Shown one piece after another: positions 53,503-64,000 of a DNA stretch of 64,000 bases. Under the pieces are notes generated by a model. It saw nothing but the letters and a program-made list of their open reading frames with translations. It was not told where the DNA came from and made no database searches. The position numbers and the translations under genes are program-made. The stretch lies in assembly GCA_001949185.1 (NCBI GenBank), contig BDGG01000005.1, positions 1,415,249-1,479,248 on the forward strand. Direction: 5' to 3'. How positions within the stretch are numbered: the stretch's first letter is position 1; every line of letters starts with the position of its first letter. The DNA comes from Ramazzottius varieornatus (taxonomy: Eukaryota > Animalia > Tardigrada).

Positions 53503-56091
53503 TTAGAGGATGTTGCCAGTGTCGCTGGCTTTCTGATGTTCGAGTTTGGCTTCTGCCGGTGGACCAGGCCAGGGCCATCGGGCATGTCGGGGCTCCATGA
53601 AGGGAATGAGTCTTTGCAGATCTCTCGTTCTCAGCATCTCTATCGTGTGCTGACTACGTCCTTCGGTCGAGATACCCATCATTTCGAACAACTTCCTCAG
53701 TCTCTCTTCTTCGTCCCTCACCGTTTCTTCCTGCCTGTGCTTGGCCGCTTTTGCCTTCTCGATAGCCTCGAACCACTCCTTGGCTTCCCTTTCTTCTCTC
53801 TGGGTTTCATGTACGATAGCCTCTTGAATGAAGGGCTCACACATTCTGAGAAAGTTCCTGGCTTCAGGGACGTCAGCGTAGAGAAGGCGTGGATCCCAGT
53901 GAGAAAGGGTCTCAACTACTCGCTCAGCCGGGATAGTGGAGGCTATGGGCGAGTTGAAGCCTTGCTTAACGTAGTCTTGGATGAGAAGGTGGATTGTGAG
54001 AAGGAGCTGCATCTCGGAGAACGGGAAGATTTCGAACTGGGCGTTCAGGGCGAGGCAGTCGTAAATCTCTTCGGTAGTCATGCGGAAGAACCTGATACAG
54101 TTGAGAAGACGGCTGGCTTGATTGATGTTGGCTTTGTTGTTAGCCGACAGCCAGTTCAGTACAACCAGGAAAACGTCCAGTTCACTCTACAAAGTGAACG
54201 GCAATAAATCAGTGATCGAAATCGAAACGTATCTTCGACAAAAAACGTTTCATACTTATTTCCGAATACAGTGAAACACAGAAATAAGTTGTTCTTACCT
54301 TTACTCTGAGCTGGTCGGATTTGATATAAATTTCGAGCGAGTCGACGGACCATGATGAGAAATGGTCGCCATCTTGGTAGTAATAGAAATTACTGGTCAG
54401 ACTAAGAAAAAACGGGAACAATCCATCACGTCGAAAAATAGTTTCAGAACAATTTCGCGAAGAAGAGAAAGGACTTACTAATCGAATGCGGCAATGTGGA
54501 GCCAGTACAGTCCGGCGGAAGGTGTGAAGGACATGGCGAGAAGCGGGTCTATGCCAACGATGTTATCCCGGATGATCTGTTCCATAACTTGATGTAGCTT
54601 ATACAAGCCCACATCCAGAGCTATCAGGCTCATGGCGCCCAAGTTAGCCGTCCTGAAGTCCTCTTTCTTGACATGGTTGTAGAGGAAACATAGAAAGAAG
54701 TCAACGTCTCTGATGAAGTGCCGTCGGAGGTCAACGACTGATTGAAGCTCGAAGAAGGGACCATCCTTCGTTGAAGTGCCTTCGACACTATCGGATGACG
54801 GACTGGGTTTGATGAGGGGGAAGTTATTTGCTCGGTACTTGTCATAGAGTTCTGCGTTCGGATACTTCTCTGAAGGTTCCAGCCATGGAATCATCACGTC
54901 ACGGTGAGCTTTTCGATCTCCAGAACCAGTCTTGAAAATTACCAGGTCGATCATGTCGGCTTCACCCGTTGACTTGTGAAGATGGCTTCTCAGACCGTGA
55001 AACGTCTTCCTCACTGCAACAAAAGCAAACCAGAACTTGTGGTGACGAATTTCGACAGACGGACTATGCCCATGTGACAGCCACCTGCGTACACGGTTGA
55101 CATGCACGATCATAACGGATCAACGTATGCAGGTGAGTGATGGAAGCAAATCTTACTGAATTTAGACATTTCCAACATGGCTGACTATCTTACTGTTGTA
55201 GGCCTGCTTTCTCCGGACGGTTAGGAAGTATCTCGAGATATTCGGAGAAGCCGTCGAAGGTTCATATTTCAAATCCAGTGCGCAAGTAAGGTTGTGGAAT
55301 ATCTGCAGGTTATTATCCTCATGAAGGTACGCTTGCTTCTCATCGTCGAACCTGTACTCCTTCGGGACGATATTATCATGGCTCTTCTCGACTGTCGCGT
55401 ACGTCGATGCCCCGAGGTACGACGTGGATCTCTGAGGTCTCGGTTCTCTTGACGAGACATTTCGTGGTGGGAAAGGCAAGTCCGGTGCTGGGTCTTCCGG
55501 GTCCAGAGCGACGCTCAGCTCGGGTGTAGGTGGTCGATGTGCAGCAATCTCCGACTGTTCGTCTTCCGATCGAGGTGCCTTCCGAGTTCGGCGGTTATCA
55601 TGTGGAGAAGCAATGGTGTTGATCGTGGTGTTGGTGACGGTCGAGCTGTAGCATGTCTCGTTGGATGGGGACGGAGTGACGAGGACGCCATTTTGTTGAG
55701 CGAAGTTTTCGCCATCCGGACTGTCTTGTGCTTCGAGCGTACTGAAAGGAGACAGCAGCTTTGTTTCTAATAAAGCAGACAAAAGGTCTTTTTGCAGAGG
55801 GCTGCTGTAGGAAAAAAAAGAATGCTCTCAAGCTCAGCCTCAGAAAGAGATTTATTTTAGCCGTAAAGCTGTCTGCACGGTAAACTTACTCTGCAACAGT
55901 GATCTTGCGCGATCAGAAAAGAACCATCCGCCATTTCCGCCTAAGATGGCCGGGTTGATATCAATGGGCTGGACGGAGCCGTTCTGGAGGTTTGTGCTGG
56001 ATGTAAAGCATGTTCGGGTAGGACCATTGGAAAGTAAGGGGGAATCACTGGGTGCGGAAGCCTGAATATTCCTATGCCCAGCGTGATGCAT
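53503..56091 (-). CDS. Divergent BTB-BACK domain protein without kelch repeats, multi-exon; start tentative
   Basis: BTB-like DLVIFKTG..RKAHRDVM...FFLCFLY...LYKLHQVMEQIIRDNI. The spliced BACK-like segment reads AFDY|LTSNF...FSSWSVDSLEIYIKSDQLRVK|SELDVFLVVLNWL...LLNCIRFFRMT. Confidence 0.7.
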
Positions 56092-56665
56092 GGCAAAGAT
56101 GACTTCCGCCAGACAAAATGGGAGTTTTCGATTAGCGATGAATACCCAACATGAATTCAGAATTTCAAGCGAATACACTACGTTAGTGACCTCCAAAACA
56201 CAACCGCTGAGCACAGCCAGCTGAAATAAACCGGGATCTCTTAACTCCATCGCAACACGGAAACGTCCTGGACCTGGACAAAACTACACAAGTGGCTTAG
56301 CCAGTAATTTTCCAAATTTACGTTCAAAATAAATGTTGAGAGGCTCAGGACAAATTCTTCTCTCGGCAAAGAACCCTGTGAGCCATAAAATCGCATAAGG
56401 AAAGAAAGTACACCTAAAATAATGTATAAATAATAATCACGCCTCAATATCGACGCTGATGCCACAAACAGCCAGTGTAAACAGCGCGACGAACTGTAAC
56501 GCTATGCGCCACTCTGAAAAAGTGAACATTACGTCGAACCTCCGGAGTGACACGGTTCGCTTTAACAACATATCCGCAGGAACATTCCACAGAACAGTGA
56601 GAAAGTTCTAAGAATATCTTGCGTTGGCGCTGCATCGAGACGGGTGAGAATGCTGTGGAAACGTC

Positions 56666-57182
56666 TCAGTATCGGTACTTGGTGGAGTAGTCCTTGGGTG
56701 AAATGACCAGACCTCTTCCCTTTCGAGCGCCTCGGTAAACGGTCTCCAGGATGTCGATCACTTCTTGCTTGTCTTCTATGGCCCAGTTAATCTTGTTGTT
56801 GTTACCCGTTCCCAAATCGATCATGATGTGCTTGTTACGGAAGAAGAACATGCAGGTACAGGGATCGTACAGTTCGTACATCTTGTTGAAGTCAGGCACT
56901 TCCGAGATGTCTACCAGGTAAACCACAGCGAAGTTCTTTACCTTTTCGGCGATGGCGAACAAAGTCTACAATCAAAACGTTACTTTCACCCACCGACAAA
57001 ACTCGGGATAACCCACGACCCCAGGGTTTCAAACGGGAGCAACTCTAACTTACCTCGTCCATCTTCATGCAGGTTGGGTCCCAATCGTGTCCGAAGCGGA
57101 TAACAACCACACGATCCTCCTCTGACAGAATGGACTGGTCTACCTGCCAGCCATTGTGGAGATGCGGTAGCATATAGGACAT
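56666..57182 (-). CDS. TXNL4A: Thioredoxin-like protein 4A / Dim1 (U5 snRNP), 142 aa; exons 57182-57054 and 56965-56666
   Basis: MSYMLPHLHNGWQVDQSILSEEDRVVVIRFGHDWDPTCMKMDE|TLFAIAEKVKNF...DLGTGNNNKINW...GLVISPKDYSTKYRY. Confidence 0.98.
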
Positions 57183-58030
57183 GGTGACAGCTTTGTTTCA
57201 CCTTCGGGAAAGATCTTGAGAAAAGATGGGAACTAGTTTTTCCACAACTTTCCACTGTTTTCCTTCGAGGGTCGATAATCAACAATCAATTCACCCAGTT
57301 GATTGTCGATAGAAATGGCCAGCTGCAGTTTCGCCGGTTACGTCATCGTATGGTAATAGAGCCGCCGTACGTACAGCCCGTACTGGCAAAGGGCCAGAAC
57401 GGCGAAAGCCTGGGAAAATGTATGAGGGGCGGTCCAGCCGGTTACATCAGATAAATCCAGACTACTGGATTGGTCGACGGAGGACAAAAGGATCCTAAGC
57501 GAGCCGGACCTTTTACGCAGCTGGGAACGAGGGCACGCAGCCACCCAGCGTAAATCAGGACCGGATCGGGTCAGAAGGAGCGGGCGGATCTGCTCTCTTT
57601 TGCATTTGTCCACCTTCCGTGATTTTCGCAGCGTTCGGAACTTTTTCCATGAAAACGTGTTGACAGCTTGCAGGAATCCTTCGCGTCAGGATCTTCTCAA
57701 CGTCCACTCGCACCTTCGTACGACTTTCTTCCCCGATTTTCCAAGTTGCGACTCTGGTGCTTTGAAGCGCCTTTCCATCTCCTTTTTTCCAGATAGTGTA
57801 GCGAAACGAAAAGACAGCCCATCAAGCCGAACACCAAACAAGACGCGTGGAATTCTTCCGAAGAGCGGATCGGAGCTACTTAGGTGAGGCATTTTCACTC
57901 ATGAATTTTCTGCTTTGGAAAATGTGTGGTCCTCCCATCGTATACTTACATCAGGAGAAAGACATCATGTTTTACTTCATGGTCTGTTTTTGGTGTTTGC
58001 AGATTTTTTCTTGATTTTCCCAGCGACAAC

Positions 58031-61000
58031 ATGGACTCCGTCAAGCAACTCACCATCGCCTCCTTTATCATCATCGTCGTAACAGGTGGGACACTCTTCC
58101 GTATTTTCTGCCAGTTTTGTAGATAGCGAGGTAATCTAGCTTTTGAGGTTGAATTTTGGGCAGTTGAAATCAAGGAGAATGGCAGTCCAAATTTCAAAAG
58201 TGGACTATTCGTCAGATGTCTCGTCGTGTTCATCCTTTAGATAGTCCCAGAAACGTAATTGTTGAAAATTGTTCTGAACATCTAAAGGGCGGGAAGAGTT
58301 TCATCCAGGTTTCAACATGAGCTGCAGTGGTAGTAGATCGTTCATTGTTGAGGTGTCAAAGTGAGGGATCAATTTTTGAATGTTGAATGATATCCATCCA
58401 GCTTTTGTAGAAGTGAGAGTCTGACTTGTGCGACTAATTGGTTCAGGTCAGAACCGTGGGTCTGCTTGGTTTGAGGTCTCACAGAGATGCACGCAGAGTT
58501 TATTCCGTTTAAATATTGCGTAGAAGAGTTACAAGTAGATGATGCGAAGAGGATGGATGCTGGTCAAGCTCGGAGCTTGCTTGCCTTGACGAGAGCATAC
58601 AGGAGGATTATGATTGGCTTTTGTTAATGCCGTTGATAGATGTACTCTTGTCAAAGGCCAATGAATACATTTACCTTCTCGAGCTAGCTGCTTATTCTCA
58701 AGAGACTTATAGGCTTGTCAAACTGACCATGGTCCACTCTCGTTTCGGTCATTTGATCTCAAGCAGATGTCGCCAATCAATTGGTAGCTCGGAACTTCAG
58801 TCAGGGATATCAGCAGGCCGTAGTGCGCAACTTTGTGACGTCACAATGGAAGCTTTGAGGTTCAAACCAAGCAGTTCCAACAGGGGGGCGGTGCTTCGCT
58901 CGTGATGTATTCTATTGGTAGAGCTTGGATTTTGTCCCTAACGCCCGAGCAGATATGGTCAAGTTTTGGTTGCAGTGAGTCAGGTATTGTCCCGCACCCA
59001 CGTTTAGTTACTGGTGTGGATTCCTAATTCCATTCCTTCCCGAATTCCGTTCCATTCCTGGATTTCCAAGGCATGGCCATTTGGAACGGTGGAAGTCCTA
59101 TTTGGAAAGCAGGGATAAACTGAAACCGTTCGCAAAATATGGTTCTGGAATTCCGGGTTCGCTTGGAATTCTAGAAAAGGAATATTAGGAATTCCTTTCC
59201 TATTTTCCATACCGGGAGCCTCTGGTCAGTAATCCACACCCTGACGTTTTGCTGAATGTCCACAGAGGAAACTTATTAGTTCAATAAGGGTTGGAATTTT
59301 GTCGCTGCTTCGAGGCGAGATTGTTTCCACGAGGCGCTATCAGCAGTTTGTGTTTTGCTAAACGCCAGACGTTCTTGCGCATCTGGCGCTTTGCATAGTT
59401 GTGCATCACAACAGACGTAATCAGAATCACCCAGGAATTTGATAAGGATGTGATGAATAGCTTTGTTGACACAGACCCGCACGGTTTTTTTTCTGAGGCT
59501 TTCTGGTTGAACCGAAGGAGTGATGTGAGGATAATGGCGTGTCACCACAGAAAAACAGACTTACCCAGATAGACCTGACAGCGATGATATTCTTTGAGGT
59601 GCTCGTCGTCAGAGTCACACGCTACACTTTGGTAGGAAACATCAGGCAAAACTTCTTCTTAATTTGAAATCTCGTGCTTTGAGTCCTGGAAGAGTCAAAC
59701 TGATGGAGAATAGGTTAGAGTAAAGAGGTATGGCCGCAAGATGGCTCGAACTCAAATTGGGCAAGTAATAACACTGAGCCTGTGCTGTTGAGTGGGGGTG
59801 TCATAATGGGTGAATGCTAAGTGCAGGTTATTATGTGACGCATGTGTCGAGGTCCGTGACGTCGTGGGCTTCTGATTGCGATAACTTTATACCGATATTC
59901 TCGTTACTCCTTTATTTCAGACAAGTCTACCCTTGTAGACTCATCAGAGGAAATTCGATTGCGATCTAATATTGGATGATATTGTCTCTCCTGATACTAA
60001 TCAGAATGTTTTTCGTTTCGCAGTGCTCGTTGTCCGAGGAGCTCAGCTGACCCCAACACAAGTCGTTCAAGTTATCGACGTCCCTGCTACTGCTCATCAT
60101 CAGCGGGACTGGGAACGTGTTGCGCTGGGGGAGGAGGTCCGTTCCTCATGCCTCCAGGTCAGTCAGACTTGGATGCGAAATGGCGCTAAGGTGGCGGAGA
60201 AAGGTGACGTTTCTCAAACGGGTACGGCGCTCATCATCAAGAACTTTAGCGAAGCTTATGCCGGCCGTTACGACTGCGTCGAACCGGATGGAGTGATCGG
60301 CAAGAGCTACACCTTCTATCGTAAGTAACAGAGTTTCAATGCGTCAGTTCAATTTTCAGCGCTAAATATTGTTGCTGTCCGAGCTAGATCTTGATTGCGT
60401 TCTCTTTTGCTGCAGAAAATGTGAGCATCTCTGACGATACTCCGGCAGAAGTAGAACTTACCGAGGGCATGATTGGTGGTATCGCCTGTCAGATACTGGG
60501 AGGAGGGAACCTTTCCAAGACTCTGTACCGTGTGGAGAACTCCAGCTCGCGTCCAGGTAACATTCTTTTCTGTCCGTCAACCTCATCAACTTCCGCCCAG
60601 TTTAATATTTCGTAGTTTTATTCACCGTCTAAGGCATACCCTTTGCTTTTAGTCGACTTCGTCAATGGGAACTTTGAATGGACACGGAAAGTGGAGAAGG
60701 GCGACGCCGGACTGTACGTCTGCAGCGGAACTCAGACCATCGAAGGGGACAGTAAGACGGTCAACAAGACTATCGTTGTCCGTGTCACATGTGAGTTTCT
60801 CCTGAAGTTTCCTCTCCAAGCTTTGATCTGGTCTGATCATTAGCTTGAGCGAAGACTCCAGACTAATATGCCCGTTTTTGTGTCTTTCGCAGTCGCACCG
60901 GAAATCCTCCCCGTTGACGTCCTAGTCTCTGGCGACTATCCCGACCGCAGCATTACCCTGTCCTGTCCAGTTGTGGCCGTACCTGCTGCATCGCTGAGAT

Positions 61001-61715
61001 GGTTCAACGTGTCCAGCGGAACGGAACAGGAGCTCAGTGAGGCAGCTTTGATCGTCGATGGCAACGTGACGTTTCCAATGTCAAACAGCACGGACACCGT
61101 CGTCAAGTGCACTGCTACCAACGCCGTCGGCGATTCCAGCCGAATTTTTACCGTCCCTCATTTCGGTACGTTTTTTTTCTTTCCACTTCTGTTTTGCGGT
61201 AGAAGCTAATACGTGCTGGCCAAGTGACCTGAACTCGATCGTCCTTTCAAGCGGCGCACGCTCTCAGCTGATTACATAGTAAACATGTTTCATTTGGGAA
61301 AACGAACATGTCGAGTTTTCCCAAATCGTGCACACTGTCAGCCAATAACAGTCTCAGCGTGTACCATTTGTGAAAACGAACTAGTTCAGTTCATTTTTCC
61401 CACTTCCCGTTTCGTGCTACCCCAACTCCACCGCCCGTGTACATTCAATAATAGATGCTCCATTGTTTTATAGAGCCCAACCGCGAGAACGTGTATCCCA
61501 ACGTGACGTCGACGTACAAGAACGTGAAAATCGGCCACGGCATCAAAGGTGAGAACGGCACGATTGTTGTTGCTGCTTTGGCGTACAAATTTGATACGAA
61601 CGGCCAGGATGTCGCGGTCGCCACTAAAGGCCCTAGCAGTCAGATGAACTCCGCCGCTGCTTCCCGATTCTCCGCATTCCTAGGTCTGTTACTGATGGTT
61701 GTATTCGCGTTCTAG
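58031..61715 (+). CDS. Cell-surface protein with three Ig-like domains and probable GPI signal; exons ~58031-58085, 60024-60320, 60416-60557, 60653-60790, 60892-61165, 61474-61715
   Basis: Signal peptide MDSVKQLTIASFIIIVVT|VLVVRG; Ig motifs W.RNG..LII...YAGRYDC, DAGLYVC, ITLSCPV.A.P...W..VKCTATNAVG; hydrophobic end SAFLGLLLMVVFAF*. Confidence 0.75.
59010..59214. repeat. ATTCC/GGAAT-rich MITE-like element in the first intron of the Ig gene
   Basis: Clusters of attcc then ggaat, with a short inverted end ctggtgtgga / tccataccgg. Confidence 0.45.
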
Positions 61716-62631
61716 CTTTTGAAAGTGTCGTGTGTTAGGTTACATGAGACGAAATTTGCTTCTGTGTTCGTATCGGAATAGCGTTGAAGACTTTGATTTT
61801 TTGATCTTGACATAGCCTTCATCGGCCGGATTTTACGTTTATTCTTTTACGAAGTCAAGAGTTTTCTCGTGTTTACATTGTTTCTATCGACAAAATTCCA
61901 TTTTAGCTGGCTTTTGTGTGAACTTGTAAACGCTAGTCTTCTGATACGAAATACGCCGCCATTTGATCGAAACTTAAAACTGCATTGTATCCCGGTGTCC
62001 TCTCATTCTTTTTTGTCTTCTTTCCCTACCATCCTCAAGGTTGGCATCTTCGGCGAGATCCCAGGTAGTTCGTTTCAGGAACCTTGATGAAAGTAGGAAA
62101 ATCGTTCTTTTCGGTCTTTGTGAGTCCAGCAGGGAACAATCGGAAGGCGGTACATGTTCTGAGATGTCCCGGGGTTCGATCCAGTTTTCTGAACTTCCGG
62201 TGGTATCCCAGGAGGTCTTTGCATTTCGAGATTTCCGTGGGACCGGTGTCGAACACTGAGAACCGAACAAGATTTTCCCGGATATCGACTCTGCCACAAT
62301 CGTTCAGCCAATTGGTTCAGCTATGAATGGGGTCTTGATCAGTACAAAACGTCGCGCTAGAAGATGCTGTATCCGAGAAAGTAACCCGGATTTCTTTCAA
62401 CGAAGCTCATGGTGACCTCAAGATTCTTGTATGGTGCCTGCCGGCAGGCAGAACACAGACCCGGATCTGATAAGGGAATCTCCCTCGCACGAGATCTTCT
62501 GTTAGATCAGAAGCTCGTCTCGAGATCATTTCTGTGTTTTCTTGTCGAAAGCGTTTCTGTTCTCGCCTCTTAGTCTCTGTTTTATTCCCTCCCCTAATTT
62601 TCTGTTACAGTTCCTCGTACTCTGGTCCACC

Positions 62632-63766
62632 ATGTCTTTTGGAGGAGGAAGTCAAAACGAGAAGGGAGGTATTGGCAAAAGCAAGAAGGCTGGAATCGTC
62701 TTCCCTGTTGGCCGCATGCATCGTTACGTGAGTAATTCCACCATTACCACCTGTTTTCTCTGCACCAAGAAGCTTTCCTATGGTCATACATGGTTTTTCT
62801 GCTTGCACCTTCCTTTTCTTGCAGATGAAGAAGGGTAATTATGCGGAGAAAATCGGAACTGGGGCTTCCGTTTACGCTGCCGCTGTCATCGAATACCTGG
62901 TTGCGGAAGTCTTGGAACTCGCTGGAAATGCTGCACGTGACAACAAAAAGGGCCGTATCACTCCTCGACATCTCATGATGGCCATTCGCAACGATGAAGA
63001 GGTAAGAAGCGATGGTAACTGGTGAAGAAATTTTACTTCCGTTTCCATCGCTTCTCTCTTAAATTCCGCAGCGTGTGACGAACAGGGAGTCTACTGGTGT
63101 TCCAGCCTGGTTCCCTGACGTCATGCGCCACTGCAGACAAGACATGGTTATACTCTACAGCGAATAATGACTCCCTTTGTAATTCTGCTCTTCTTTTTAC
63201 AGCTGAACCGTCTTCTGGGTAGCGTCATTATCTCTCAAGGAGGCGTCATTCCGAACATCGAGGCGGTCCTGCTGAAGAAACACACATCTAGCGGTCCAGC
63301 AGGAGGAAGTCAGCAGTCTCAATCGCTATCGCAGTCGGCGCTGAAAGAGTCGCAGAAGCCAAACAAGCAACGAGTCACGAGCAAGCGTCCAGTCCCTCCT
63401 GCCAAGAAATCTCCAGTCACTAAGGAACCACAAGGTAACAAGACTCGACCGGAAACCGTCAACGAGGCCAGTGAGGAAGAGTCGTCAGATGCAGAGTCGG
63501 AGGAGGGAGGAGAGAACCAAGAAGCGGCTCCCAACAACGCGCAAACCAACGAAACCCAGAACGCGACTCAGAATAACGGAGAGCAGGAAGAAGGAAGCGA
63601 GGAAGAGGAAAGAGAGGCTTCATCTCCTCCGGTTCCTCGAACTACACGAGCATCATCCAAGCCTCCACAGTCGAAGGCTCCACAAGCAAAGCCCCGGGCC
63701 AAGGCTCCTGCTGGAAAAGGCAAACTTCCAGCTCGAGCCACAGCTGCCGAATCTCAAGAAGCCTAG
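62632..63766 (+). CDS. Intron-containing histone H2A variant (~278 aa): macroH2A-like fold, long disordered tail ending SQEA; exons 62632-62727, 62825-63001, 63203-63766
   Basis: [14 protein letters not shown]|[56 protein letters not shown]|[26 protein letters not shown]; both introns are GT-AG and phase 0. Confidence 0.92.
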
Positions 63767-64000
63767 GTTTGTCTTGTGAGGATCTCCTGATCATTTCAGT
63801 GGGGTAGTGGTGGCTTTCAGTTCTCGGAGACTCTTCTGTCGATGGGAGGTTTCTATTGATGGTTACCGTGTTCGAAGCCCTTTTACGTTTCATTTTCTTG
63901 GCTGATATATTTGAGTCGCTTGTCGTATGGTATTTTTGGTACGATCGACTTTCATGTCTTTATTAGGCAAGGATTTTTTCCCGTCTTTGTATGGTTCGAA

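Overview
Eukaryotic (metazoan, invertebrate-like) genomic DNA with short GT-AG introns; the species cannot be determined from sequence alone. Positions ~1-45.5 kb are gene-poor and transposon-rich. They hold two Ly6/three-finger (quiver/sleepless-like) genes, a decayed multi-ORF CACTA/EnSpm-type element with a BEN-like accessory gene, a captured fatty-acid-transport-protein (SLC27/FATP) fragment, a truncated R2/NeSL-group non-LTR retrotransposon, a decayed two-gene PIF/Harbinger element, Tc1-like remnants, and many MITEs and foldbacks, several with readable target-site duplications (TSDs). Positions ~46.8-64 kb are a compact gene cluster: NOM1 (-), WDR13 (+), a BTB-BACK gene (-), TXNL4A/Dim1 (-), a three-Ig probably GPI-anchored protein (+) and a histone H2A gene (+). 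The standout is the H2A gene (62632-63766). It is a spliced ~278-aa variant with macroH2A-type residues in the histone fold and a macroH2A-like PPAKK-SP linker motif. It has no macrodomain; instead it carries a ~160-aa disordered, charge-blocked, SQ/TQ-rich tail ending in an H2A.X-like SQE-A stop. Second: an ~815-bp FATP-bearing insertion bounded by an AGTCT duplication and a snap-back hairpin splits a putative transposon ORF, and removing it restores the reading frame. All family assignments are by-eye motif recognition, not database searches.
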